Positions 1 through 17,609 of a DNA stretch of 64,000 bases are shown in pieces. Origin of the DNA: the human T2T-CHM13v2.0 reference genome, Homo sapiens; the NCBI RefSeq assembly GCF_009914755.1, contig NC_060937.1; one strand, written 5' to 3'. The notes beneath the pieces are model-generated. The model was not told the DNA's origin. It ran no database searches and saw only the letters and a program-made list of their open reading frames with translations. Position numbers and translations under genes: made by a program. Each line of letters begins with the position of its first letter. The stretch's first letter is position 1.

Positions 1-1149
1 TAAAGGTAAGAGGTAAGTATGAAAAGGATGAGCTAAGTAGTGACCTCAGACACATGGAGGTAGAGGTGTAGTGGGGAAAAGAAGAGATTTTATTCTAAGC
101 AGGAGATTTTATTCTAAGCCTTTCTGATTGATTTCCTTTTTACCATGCATAGATTCTACTTTGATAATTACTCTTAACATATTTCCTGTGATTCTGATAT
201 GCACACATCACACTTACATTCTCTGCCCAAATAATCATTGCCCAAGAAATCTATACTTGATGGAGTTGCAATATCTGTTGCTTACAAATTATTCAAGGTC
301 ATGAGTTCATGGAAGCCAGTGTATAACATAATACGGAAATTTTAGGTAGTACTCTATTTTCTCCCCTGAAATCTGAGTTTTCTTTTTCTTTTAGCCTTTC
401 TTACACCTAATTTCTCCAGCATCTCAATGATTTCTTATTTATTACATATGAATTTCTCCCCTCTATCTTCTTTTAGAATACTGAGTTCAATTTTTATAAA
501 TATTGACTTCCAATTCCCCAAAGGTACCATGAAAAAAATACATTTAGTAGTCTAATGATCAAATATTTAATTGATATAACAATTTACAGGGAATATTAAT
601 TATATTAGTTAAAATGTGTTCACTGTGTGATTCCTATTGATAAATAATCAAAGAATATGAGTGAGAATCATCCAAGTAATTACAATCCAGATGAAAACTC
701 TTAGTTTTCAGTTGAACATAAAATCATTTGATTACTCATTTTGTTTATGTGAAAGATCTATGGCCATCTATTTTGAAGATTGTAACTTTAATTAAAGAGG
801 CAAATAATTGACATAGTATTTCTGAAAGCTTTTAAAGTTTGTTACTTACAAAATAATTTAATTTGCATTCACATTTAATTTGTCCCCAAAACCAAACTTT
901 TATTACTGTTATACTGACCTCTTCTGGATACTTCCTATAATGTCAGCCATATACTATGATAGCTCAAGTTTTTTAATGGAATTAATATCATTTTAAAAAA
1001 AACTAATAAAGCTGGTGTAACTTGAGTTTAGTTCATTGAAGGCTCACTATATGTAGACATTGAACAAAGAGTTTATGGTCTGGTAGAGAGGACAGCATAG
1101 ACAAGTAATGACAACAAAAATACAAGTAACTACAGTTAAGTTTCAAAGT

Positions 1150-1626
1150 ACATATAGATCTAATATTTGCTTTATATATTTGGGTGCTTTACTGTTGGGT
1201 GCATATATATTTATAATTGCTATATTTTCTTGCTGAAAATGTTCCTTTATCATTATATAATGACCATTTTTATCTTTTTTTTATAGTTTTTGACTTAATG
1301 TTTATTTTTTCTGATACAACTACCCCTGTTTACTTATGGTTTCCATTTGCAGGGCGTATCTTTTTCCATCTCTTTGCTTGTAGTCTGTGTCCTTATAGGT
1401 GCAATAAGTCTCTTGTGGGCAGCATACGGTTGGGTCTTTTTATCCATTCAGCCACACTATACCTTTTAGTTGGGGAATTTAACCTATTTACATGGAAGGT
1501 TATTGTCGATAGGTAAGGACTTACTCCTGCTATTTTATTAATTGTTTCCTGGCTGTTTTGTAGATTCTTTGTTTCTTCCTTCCTCCCTTGTTGTTTACCT
1601 TTGTGGTTTAGAGGTTTTCTGTGGTG
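1150..1626 (-). mobile_element. Old L1 (L1M-type) fragment, ORF2 endonuclease region
   Basis: Typical antisense L1M motif TTTGCTTTATATATTTGGGTGCT...TTGGGTGCATATATATTTATAATTG. Confidence 0.75.
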
Positions 1627-2300
1627 CCACTACTGGGTATATATCCAAAGGAAATGAAATCTGTATGTCAAAGAAACATCTGCATCCCCATGTTTATTTT
1701 AGAACTATTCACAATAGCCAAGATATAGAATCAACCTATGTGTTTTAACAGTAGATGAATGAATAAAGAAACTGTGGTATATATGCATGGTGTAATACTG
1801 TTCGGCCTTTTAAAAGAAGGAAATCCTGTCATTTTGAGAACATGGATGAACCTGAAGGACATCATGTTAAGTAAAATAAGCCAAGCATGAAAAGACAAAT
1901 ACTGCATGTTCTCACTCATATGCAAAACCTTAGAAGTTGATCTCCTAGAAGTTGAGAGTAGAGCAATGATTACCAGAGAATGGGGAGGGGAAGGGGAAGA
2001 AAGGGATGAGCTTGGTCAGTGGGTAAAAAGTTAGAATTAGAAAGGTTTGGTGTCCTGTTGCATAGTAGGGTGACTATAGTCAACACAAAGGTATTGTGTA
2101 TCTCAAAATAACTAGAAGAGGGGATTTTGTGTGTTCCCACCTTAAAGAAATTATAAATGTTTGAGGTGATGGATATGCTAATCAGGATAAATCGGGATAA
2201 AAAATTATCCTGATTTGATCATTACTTAATGTATACATGTATTGAAGTATCACATTGTACCCAGTAAATATATACAATTAATATGTGTCCGTTTTTTTTT
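1627..2300 (+). mobile_element. L1MA-type 3' end
   Basis: CCACTACTGGGTATATATCCAAAGGAAATGAAATC...ACATGGATGAACCTGAAGGACATCATGTTAAGT...CACATTGTACCC. Confidence 0.8.
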
Positions 2301-2319
2301 AAGTATAGAAAACTGATAG

Positions 2320-2671
<352 letters not shown>

Positions 2672-2759
2672 TAGTTCATCAGTAGAAAAAGATGGGAGGT
2701 AACCCTAGTCAAAGATAGCCAGGCATCCAAGGGCATTGTCACTTTTGTGATTCCAAACT

Positions 2760-3260
2760 CCCCAGGACAAGGCACAGAAGAGATGAACAGGGCCCATCAC
2801 TGAAGGCATGTGTGTCAGGTCAAGAACTTGGTCCTGCACCTGGAGGCTTGATGAAGGGCTTTAGGCCAAGGAGTGATATGGACAGAATTACCTGTTCTCA
2901 TCATTCCTCTGGCAGTCCCTAGGTGTGTAGGATGGGGGCTGGCAGTTCCCGGAAGCAGAGGAAGTAGGTACTTGGCTATAGCAATAGGTGATGCCAGAGA
3001 AGGTGAATCTCCAAGTCAGGCAGGAGCAAGGAGGGAAGGCAAGCAGAGCAGGAGGTTCTGCAGAGGGAATCCACTGAAGTTAGTGACTGGTAGACTGGTG
3101 AGTGAGAGAGAGCCCTAAGTCTGTCTTCTGTGACATTCTGGGGGATGGCATCGTCAACCGAGGAAGGAAAGATGGACAAAAGAGCAGTGGGTGTTGTATT
3201 GGAGGAATTGTGGGGAGACAATGCGTGTTGTATTGGAGGAAAGGCTGAGCAGTTTTGAGG
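2760..3260 (-). mobile_element. L2 fragment
   Basis: Purine-rich L2-like motifs (GAAGGGCTTTAGGCCAAGGAGTGATATG); highly diverged. Confidence 0.5.
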
Positions 3261-4634
3261 GATTTAGTCACAGTAATCCATGACTGCAGTTAGCTTATAA
3301 AGTCATGAGAACTATTAAAATGAGACTACTATCCATATATTTATAACTTCATTTGGGCCTTGGACATGGCCTAATATGTTTCACTAGTCAATTGACAACC
3401 CAAATCATTAAAATACTCCGTTATTTTCAAATGTTGAACTTTCTCATTCCCCTATTTCCACATTCTCTCTCTACAGATAACCTCACCTCTTACTTCATCT
3501 CAAAATAGAAATGATTTCTCCAAAACTGACGACATCACTACTGAAATTCCTTGTTTTCACTGGTTCTGAAAGTGATCCCCCGAACCCAACCACTTAAGCC
3601 AGAAACAGGGTTATCAATGCCCAAACTGAAGGAAGAGCTTGATGAGATGGTGTCAGGAAGAAAGGTCAGCGCTAACTGATGACTGCAGTAGTCAAAAATG
3701 GAAGCAGAGGGAGAATGAGGGGGAAGCCATAAAGGTCCCCATAGGTTCGTAGGACCATGGTTGGAGCACGTTTACAGTGGAGCACCCAAGCACCAAATTA
3801 GGCCTAAGGACTTTCAAAGTCACTTCTACCCATAGGCTTACTAGCTTTGTAATCTGGAACAAATTATTTTACACCTAAATGACTGTTAGACTAGATTTCT
3901 TTAAGGTCTCTTGGAGCTTTAAAGTATTATGATTCCTTTGAGAACATTTCAAAATGTGTGTGTGTGAGTTGCAAACTTAAGCTGCCTACATTACAAACTG
4001 AAGGTCTTGCTTTAATAATTTCAACTAACTGATAAAATCAAAGGCTTCTTTATGTGATTCTTCTGCCCTACTAAACATAGGTGTGGATAGTATTAAATGA
4101 ATCTGTAAATATGAGTGGGGATCAAACACATCACCTGACTAACATTTTTACAAAGCAGTTCCCAAAACACTGAAAAGTTCATTGCAACAAAACCAATTTA
4201 CGATTGATGAAGAGGTATCTCAATTGTAACCTTTACATGCATGACATTTCAATCAGAATATTGAGTTAGCAGTTTCAGACTTTGACTTTTCAGACATACA
4301 CTCATACAAAAATACATTTCATATCATTATTGTTTAATATATTATTTTTGTTTAAAATTGATAGTTGTCCTATAATTTTATGTCTAGCTGAATTCCCAAA
4401 GTAGAAGTACTAATGTGCAGAGAATTCATGAAAGGTTTTAAAATGTCTTACAAATGTAGGATTATTTGAAGCTGTATCAGCTTGTAATTTAAGGCCTGCA
4501 GCTGTTGGTATGATAGAAGTATCAAATTTCAAAAGAAATTATGGTAGAGTATAAATAAGCAGAATGAAGAGAAAAGTCTCCTGAGAAGAAAATAAAATGA
4601 GAATGAAGCATATGCATTGTTATTGCATTGCTCC

Positions 4635-4858
4635 TTTTTTTCTTCATTTTTTATTTCAGGTTCGAGGGGTACATGTGCAGGTTTGTTACACAGATAAATT
4701 GCATATCACCAGGATTTGATGTACAAATAATTTCATCGCCCAGGTAGTAAGCCCAGTACCCGATAGACAGTTTTCCGAACCCCACCTTTCTCCCTCCCTC
4801 CTTCCTCAAGCAGGCCCCAGTATCTGATTGTTCCCATCTCTGTGTGCATGTATACTAA
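4635..4858 (-). mobile_element. Short 5'-truncated L1PA (old L1PA13-16-like) 3' end
   Basis: TTCAGGTTCGAGGGGTACATGTGCAGGTTTGTTAC...; degenerate TSD GCATTGCTCCT / GCACTGCTTCT. Confidence 0.8.
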
Positions 4859-5299
4859 GGCACTGCTTCTTATATTCAAGGTTTAGTACTAAAATGCAAA
4901 TATGAAGTATATAATTTAGTAAGTTTTAATCCTGCTGCAAACCAGGTCACATAAAAATAATGCAAAATAAAATATTAAAATTATTCAGAAGTTCGATATT
5001 TATTCTGTTGTCTTTACACCTTATAAAATGGAATGACCTAATTACTCTTAAATAAACATAAAGACAATTTAAGGTCACATTTGTTACATTCACATAATTT
5101 GTTAAACACAATAGAAATGTTAGTTTACTAGAAAAGAACTGTCATAATTTTAACATGCAGAGTTTGTTTACCTTCTATTATGGTGATCTTTGTTTAAGAT
5201 TTTCTCCTCAGATGTTAAAAGTTTTTCACTTAAAGAGGCTTAGGGAAAGTGATTTTTAAAGAGTCACTGTTACATGGTAATATGCCGTTCATTTGGATG

Positions 5300-5711
5300 A
5301 GACTAGTATATAGGTAATAGTCACAAGTTCTAACTTGCATGTTAATTTGAAGAGATTTTTCGTAAAATTGTATCAACATTAGTTTCTAATGGAAACCAGT
5401 CTTAGAAGTTTTCTGCTGTTTGTTTGAGGTAAAGTTTTTTTAAGAAAGTTATAATTACATTAAACTATCATGCTTTAGGGTTTAAATGTTGGAAAGTTGG
5501 TTTTGTAAGAAGAAGAGTTTGGTTTCTTGTTTGTTTGTTTGTTTTGGTTTGTTTTTGGCATGCGAAGAGCTGTGTCCTGGAATTGGTGCCCAAAAAATTT
5601 TAAGTGTGGTATGAACTGTTTATGTCACTGAGTAAAATTAGACACGTCTGTTGCTAATGTGAGGGGATGAAACATGAGACAGGGCGAAACTCGTGAGAGC
5701 CCTTTCTCCAG
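5300..5711 (+). promoter_or_regulatory. Putative SGCG proximal promoter (AT-rich, no CpG island, no clear TATA)
   Basis: Inferred from position upstream of exon 1. E-boxes CAGTTG (~5715) and CAGCTG (~5798) lie just downstream within exon 1 and are compatible with myogenic bHLH control, but are not diagnostic. Confidence 0.4.
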
Positions 5712-5840
5712 GGACAGTTGCTGAAGCTTCATCCTTTGCTCTCATTCTGTAAGTCATAGAAAAGTTTGAAACATTCTGTCTGTGGTAGAGCTCGGGCCAG
5801 CTGTAGTTCATTCGCCAGTGTGCTTTTCTTAATATCTAAG
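5712..5840 (+). other. SGCG: SGCG non-coding exon 1 (5' UTR); 5' boundary approximate
   Basis: Perfect donor AAG|GTAAGT at 5838-5846. No ATG in 5712-5840. The sequence matches my recollection of the SGCG mRNA 5' UTR (...ttaatatctaag-ATG). The TSS cannot be fixed from sequence alone. Confidence 0.85.
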
Positions 5841-7824
5841 GTAAGTGCTCAGTTTTAACTTAGATTTTATATCAGTACAAAGTACTACCTAAAAACCAAA
5901 CGCTTAAGAGGTTTCTTAATATTCTTTCTTCTTTGGTGGCATAATAATAAATTTAAAATAATGTTGAATAAATTGGTGTATCACAACATAATGACATATC
6001 AAGTATCAATGAAATTCTCATTTCAACTAAGTTATTCTGACTACAAATATGCTACATATTTTTAGCATAATCCTATATTTCTAACATTTTTAATTTGTAG
6101 AATGCCAAAGATAGCATTTCTGTATTATTGGGCATTGAATTGGATCCTGTAGTTAATTTAAACAAAGTATTATCTTTAAGATCACCTACTTCTAATTCTG
6201 CTCTTAAACTTTAGTGGTAGAATTACATTTGCTTTAGATTTTCTTGATAGTTTTGTTATAGACACTAAGAAATAAACTAAAATGAATGACAACAAAAGTC
6301 CAGTGGTTTTATAAGTTGGAAATAAACAAAACAAGAGCAAAATAGCAACCTGACTCCTTCACTATTTTTGGAGTGGAAAGGGAAGAATGTTTCTTTCCCT
6401 AAATCTGGAAAATATAAAATACTGCTCAAAATATGTATGAAAAAATAAACATAAGTGGGGTAAAAGTACACATGTGCTAATGCTTCAGCTTACTGAAGTT
6501 ATGAGTTCTTTCTTTGCATTTTCTAAATTAATACATGACAACTAGCAAACAATTTTTTTAAAGGAAGGATTAGAAAAAAATAATACGGGAAAATATAACT
6601 CAGCTGACTGAAAGATTTGCCAGCAGACCAGTACAAAAACGAACTACGGAATACACCGTTTGTTTTTTGCTTATTTTCTTGCAAACATTTTGTAGGTACA
6701 AAAAGGCACCTTTGTGGAATTTAAAAAGTAATGCTACAAGTTGGGGTTCGTTTTATAGGTTCTAGGATTCATTTCAGATTGTCTTTCAAAGACAAATGAA
6801 AAGTAGCATTTCAATGTAGTTAGATATAGCATTCCAAAGACTAACAAATTCAGGTGTCCAAAAGATATCAGCTAAGCTTGCAGTTAAAATGCGGAAAATG
6901 AAATTGTTCCATATTGTCCTTTAAAAAATGTACTTGCTAGTCATTAAACTAAGTTGTTATTAAATTGCATTAAAAATTAAATGATAGTTGTAAATTATAG
7001 TGGGTTCCCAATGTGTTCAGTTTTGCATAACTTATAGGGCCTGAGGATCTCCCTCCACTCCCTAATCTGTGGCTCATCACAGCGCTTGTGTCTTCTCAGC
7101 TTGAGGCACCAGGGCTGTGGTTTCCCAGTGGGAGGGGAGAAACTACAGCGTCCTGAGGATGACTCTGCTACTCTCCTGCTCCTTCAGAACCCACCTTGAC
7201 CTTCATGACACCTTCCTGTCTCTCCCTCCCTCCCTCCCCTTCTCTCAGCCTCTATAGCACCTGTCTGGCTTTATTCTTCTCCAGACCTACTGCAGGGCCA
7301 GATAGTTCTACGACGTTCTCATGAGGATTGCAGGATCCATCACTTGCTACTTTGGCCATTTTGGATTCCAGCTTCATTTTTAATTTTATATGTTATGCTG
7401 TAGATAGTTTTATGGGAACACTGGTACAGGAGTATTTAGTAATTTGTGAATGGTAAAGGTCTCAAGACTTTTCTCAGAACCTGTGAAAATCTCACTGCCT
7501 GCTCGACTTCAGTATGACTGGTGGGTAGGACCACTGAGGAATGGGGACAGGAGGGCTTGCTGTGCCCAAAGGCGTTTGTGCTTCATCCTAAGCACCAGTG
7601 AGACCTTTGAACCTCTAGAAAAGGAGAGCAGCCCAGTCACATGGGTGCTTTGGAAGGATCACTGCAGTTGACATGGAGAATGGATTAAGGGCAGTGGAGG
7701 CGGCAGTGAAGGGTACCTTAAAACCTAGCTTCACCTTCGTGACTTCTTTAACTCTGTTTTTAAAATGCTCAATTAATTTTACTTGAGAAACATCTCTGGA
7801 AAGTCTAACATCAATGAAGAGGCT

Positions 7825-8010
7825 ATGATTAAAAGTTTAGGCTATGGAGCCAGACTGCCATTTGACCTTGTGTGAATTACTTAATTTCTATGTCTCAGTT
7901 TCTTCATTTGTAAGGTGAGAGGAGTTGCATTGTAGCAGCTACCATTTTAACAAGTATCAAATTTAGTCTATATAAGGCAATTAGAAAGTTTCTGACTTCT
8001 TAGTAAATAG
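7825..8010 (+). mobile_element. MIR SINE
   Basis: MIR core TGACCTTGTGTGAATTACTTAATTTCTATGTCTCAGTTTCTTCATTTGTAA. Confidence 0.7.
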
Positions 8011-8430
8011 TAGCTTCCATCGGCATCACCCATCAATGCACCCTCTTATCCTGACCCCACACTGCGGGGAAGTCAGGAAGACCTCGGGAAAATGACGGTA
8101 ACTGGTCAGGAACTTGAACCTGCTTCTCACAGTCCCCTAAGAAGGCGTACCAGAAAGGAGCCCTAAGCAGGCAGGAGACTCCAGGCTGAGGCTATTTCTG
8201 CTGTTTCTGTGGAGAACGTTCTCTGCACGCAGCCATGGCTGCTCAGAAGGGGTGTGTGCATTCCAGGATACAAATAGCCCTCCTGGCATTCCCGGTGGCT
8301 GCCTGCCTATCCCTAGTGGTAAGGTCTATGAAGGAAAGAAAGGCAAGTGACTGTTTACCTTTCCCATGAAAATCTTCCTTTTCTTCAACATTTTTGATTG
8401 TAACGAAAACTTTATATAAAATATTCTCCC

Positions 8431-8728
8431 TTTATTTTTATTTTTTTTTGAGACAGAGTCTCGCTCTATCGCCCAGGCTGGAGTGCAGTGGCATGATCTC
8501 GGCTCACTGCAACCTCACCTCCCGGGTTCAAGTGATTCTTCTGCCTCAGCCTCCCTAGTAGCTGGGATTACAGGCATATGCCACCATGCCCAGCTAATTT
8601 TTGTATTTTTAGTAGAGACGGAGTTTCACCATGTTAGTCAGGATGGTCTCGATCTGCTGACCTCGTGATCCACCCGCCTCGGCCTCCCAAAGTGCTGGGA
8701 TTACAGGCATGAGCCACCATGCCCAGCC
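8431..8728 (-). mobile_element. AluS (Sc-like)
   Basis: Full Alu; TSD TA[T/C]ATAAAATA[T/C]TCT. Confidence 0.95.
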
Positions 8729-9363
8729 TACATAAAATACTCTAAAATGTTAATCTTGCTGAAACAATATAAGTGTGTTGTCTCCATACTGGAATGCATT
8801 TGAATGTTTGTATTTTGGCAACATTTGAAAGTCACTTTAAATCATCCCATTCATATCTCAGAGCAAAGGTGATAATAAGGAAGTGAATAAATGGCCCTGA
8901 GGCCATCTGAAACTTTTTAAATGAACTGCCAGGCCATAGGAAAAACACATATATACCACGTTTGATAAAAAACTTAAGTGTACCTCAAGAATTTCTTTAC
9001 GCATTTAGAAGCACAGCATAGTTGATATATTGAAATAACTTCCTTTTCTTAAAATTTTAATTTAATATTGTGTGAATGTTTTTCAGAGTTAGAATTTAGT
9101 TATACACAATTTTTAGGGACTAGGCAAATTGAAGGTTTTTTTTTTTCTAGAGGGGGCAGTGATAGTTGATTTGCTTAAAAATTTTAGGCTTAGTATAAAA
9201 ATCAAAATACTTATAAAATAGATTACAGGCTACTTTATTTGCTGTTTGGTTAAACACAAACTTCATGTGTAATTTTAATTTAAGAATATTCTAAACTCTG
9301 TTCTCCTTTGTAAATAACAGCAAATTTAAGAGTCATGTCTATACAGGATAAATGGTACTGCAA

Positions 9364-9632
9364 TGTAGGCTGGTCCCCTTCACAGGGCTAGTACATAATG
9401 AACTGGTTTCTGGATGGCCAGTAAGGGGGTCTTTTTAATTCTCTCTCTCTCCCTGTCTCACTTCTCTAAGAAGTGTCCTTGGCCTCAGCCCACACCTTGC
9501 CCATCTTCCTCTCCTAACCTAGCCGGCTTCCCTCATTGCCTGGTGCCTTCCTCTTGAGAGCATTCCCTTAATACAACACCTGAACAAGAATCTGCATCTC
9601 AGGCTGCTTCCAGGGAACCTGATGTGAGATAG
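9364..9632 (+). mobile_element. ERVL-type LTR remnant (LTR16-like)
   Basis: 3' end CCTTAATAC...AAGAATCTGCATCTCAGGCTGCTTCCAGGGAACCT resembles LTR16-family ends. Confidence 0.45.
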
Positions 9633-9946
9633 TGTCAACCTAAATAACAAGCGAGCTCCCAAAGAAAAGATGTTCATTTGTGAATAGAGCATTGCAGTGG
9701 GACTATGAGGATTACATAATTGTTCTGAAATTATTATCCTTGGCTACAGAGATCAATAACAAGAGTAACACCAGTATGAGATTGTAGGCAGATGTCCTCG
9801 CAGAAGTGTTTAAGGTTGTGGTTTTTGCAATCTTTTGTGATAATTTTTGTTATCAGCATACAAGCATAAAAAATTTTTCTTTATGGCCTTCCCTGGTTCT
9901 GTTTGTCAGAGTTTTCTTAACATTAGTGATCCTGACAACTTTCACA
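9633..9946. mobile_element. ERV1-type LTR (MER31/MER67-like)
   Basis: TGTCAACCTAAATAACAA...GAATAGAGCATTGCA...CCTGACAACTTTCACA, with TG...CA ends. Confidence 0.55.
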
Positions 9947-9996
9947 TAGATAAAGTTGAATGGTATTCTGAGAATTCCATCAGCATACCTGATCAC

Positions 9997-10251
9997 AGGC
10001 TGGAGTGCAATGGTGCGATCTTGGCTCACTACACCCTCCGCCTTCTGGGTTCAAGCAGTTCTCCTGCCTCAGTCTCCAGAGTAGCTGAGACTACAGGCAC
10101 CTGCCACCATGCCTGGCTTATTTTTGTATTTTTAGTAGAGACAGGGTTTCGTCATGTTGGCCAGAATGGTCTCGATCTCCTGACCTCGTGATCTGCTCGC
10201 CTTGGCCTCCTAAAGTGCTGGGATTACAGGCGTGAGCCACTGCATCCGGTC
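9997..10251 (-). mobile_element. AluS lacking its 3' end and poly-A
   Basis: Begins abruptly at AGGCTGGAGTGCAATGG; flanked by CCTGATCAC / CCCGATCAC. Confidence 0.9.
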
Positions 10252-10267
10252 CCCGATCACTTTTAAA

Positions 10268-14245
<3,978 letters not shown>

Positions 14246-16667
14246 TGAAATTTTTTTGGAAAATAATTTTCTTTCCCTACTTGTGTTATTTCTGTAGATA
14301 TGACCAACATGTAGTCCTGTAGAATAACAATTAAAAATAGTTGAGGTAGAGATTTCATTGTTACATTATATTCATGCATTCAGTCAACAGATATTGGTAG
14401 GATTTCTGGACATGGGGACTGGCCTCAAAAAGGGCTTAACAGAGAAAACTATCACCTTGCTTTCATGGAGGTGGGGCAAATAGTATGAGAAGATAGATGC
14501 AATTTGGGAGGATGTTGAATAAGATAAGAGACAAGAGAGAAAGACTTGAACTTAAGAGTAATTTTCTTGGTTTCAGAATTAGAGAAATAGGTTAAAGCTA
14601 TCAGCAGAACTGAACTCCCCTACCCTACTCCTTCACCTCCCTGCCCGCTCCTTCAGGCTCAGAGCTGCACAAAGTCTACCTTAAATAGTGGTTATGCTCA
14701 AAGGGAAGTATCAAAGGACAACTAAATAATTACCCCTTTAGTCTCAACATAGACAACTTAGAGGTCATTGATAGTGTGATTAAATATTCTGCTATCAAAC
14801 TATTTTAAAAGAATAAAAATATAAAATAAACGTTTAAGTGTTTAATACATGAGGGCAATCAATACTGAAAATAATTTTAGTATAATGGCTCTATTTAAAA
14901 TATTTTTGTATGAGTATATGTGGAAAGTACATGAACATTATAGATCAATTATATAATAATTTTAGTAAATTGGTATTTGAGAGTCTTGATTGATTGATAA
15001 TATTAATAATATATGGCATTATAGAGTTCTTCTGACTTGATATGAGTAACGTCTGTAGTAGTAATCTCCAGAACTTTGTCAAGATGGATGTAGTATCATC
15101 ATATTCTGTAAATATATCATCTTTGAAATATTAAGATTGCCTGGATTCCAAAACCATAAATTTTATACATGCTATGCAGTAATAGCAAGCATAATGACTT
15201 CTCTATGCTAAACATTATTCTGGGAGCATTGTATTTTCCATTTGGAGCTTTGGGGATAAATTTTAAGAAAACATAGGCCTCCAGACACATATGCTACCTG
15301 CATATATTGGGGGTGCATCACAATTACAAAGTTAACTGGATTGGTTATGAAAGTTATATGTCCGGCCGTAATAAAATGGCTTTGTTTGAAATAATTATAG
15401 TAAGTGAGGCATGATAACCTTTATGAAACTTATAATTCTCATGACATTAAATTCTTGTAATTGACCCACTATATTTACAATCCACCTGTTGTGAGGAAGA
15501 CAGCCAGCAGGTACAGGAGTCAGATAAACCTTAAGAAGTCAGATTCACAATTGCAAGCCTCATTCACAGCATCACAGGACTTTGAAGAGAACTATTATAT
15601 CACTGACGATATTAGGAAAATGCTAATAAATGGCCCTGTAAAATCCTCGTGTGTTAAAGAGTTTTTTGAATAATTGAAAACTATATTTGGTGAAACTTTT
15701 CTGTTGATAATAACCTTCAGAAAATACTGTGCAATCAAACATGCCACATGTTTGCAGGTACTTTCTGAGTAATTTGCAAATATTTTCTGGATAACAGAAC
15801 ACAAAATCAACAACAGAAACTTTAAAAAATACATCTATATATATAGTCTACTAAAAAGTTACATATTAAATCAAGACATAAATCATCTTCTTCATTTGAC
15901 ATCGAAATCAATTTGTATATTTTAAAAGCAGAGATCAGCCATAGTAATTCCAGTTATATTTTATGAGCCAAAATAATAGCATGCCTTTAATCTGCCACTT
16001 TGTTTGGAAGTCTTATTTTCAGAAACTATGAATAAATCTTCTACACCATCTTCCCGAGAGCTTTAGTAAGACCTCAGACTGGAGTAGAGTTGAAGGAGGG
16101 AATGCCAGTCTGAAGAAGGAAAGGAAGAGGAGAGACAGCAAGGAGAACTTCAGTTGTCAAGGTATCGGGTGCAGGGGTCAGAAAGAAACATGACTCCATG
16201 GACCACTGCTTGGCCCAAGACCAGATGTCAAAACCACAGAGCCCTGCTGTAGAGCATTACAAATGTATTCCACCAAATGTTGGGATGCATCCTAGACCTG
16301 TGCTGGCCAGCAGTCCCCAGCTGTGAGGAGAAGCCCGCCATTTGAGTTGATCACTTGGCAGAGTTGATCATCATAAAATTATCCTTGTAGAGCTAAATAA
16401 GGTTTGTCTTTGACATTCAGTCTGGTTTATAGGATAGCAAAAGGGAAGTGGCCTCAGCTAGTAGATTTGAAAAGCAAAAGTAGGAATAATGCTTTTCAGA
16501 TACTAATCTTCCTTCCCGATCCAACACATTCATCATATGAAGGTAGAATTTTATATGACGTCAAGCCCTAAAATACACTATTCAAAGACAGTGCTTACGG
16601 ATTAACATATATGCTAGGAAACAGAGTAGCGTACTCGGACACTGAGATGTAAAAAGAGGGAAGTGTC

Positions 16668-17508
<841 letters not shown>

Positions 17509-17609
17509 TAAAGATAGAATAATTTAGGTCTTTAATTGTAATGCTATATCCTAAACATGGAAATCTATTTGACCAATACATTGTGGATGAGGATATACTT
17601 TATTCTGCC

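Noticed and set aside
84-119. Short tandem duplications (19-nt period at 84-119, 16-nt at 28166-28195, 21-nt at 49949-49990)
   Set aside because: Ordinary slippage duplications with no further structure.
1150-2300. Antisense/sense L1 junction at ~1626 as a twin-priming inversion
   Set aside because: The antisense part is from the start of ORF2 and the sense part from the 3' end, several kb apart in L1 coordinates. They are not contiguous, unlike the 30912-32737 case, so independent insertion or later rearrangement is as likely.
14331-14340. MEF2 consensus TTAAAAATAG and scattered E-boxes as muscle enhancers
   Set aside because: Expected by chance in 64 kb of AT-rich DNA; not supportable without conservation or chromatin data.
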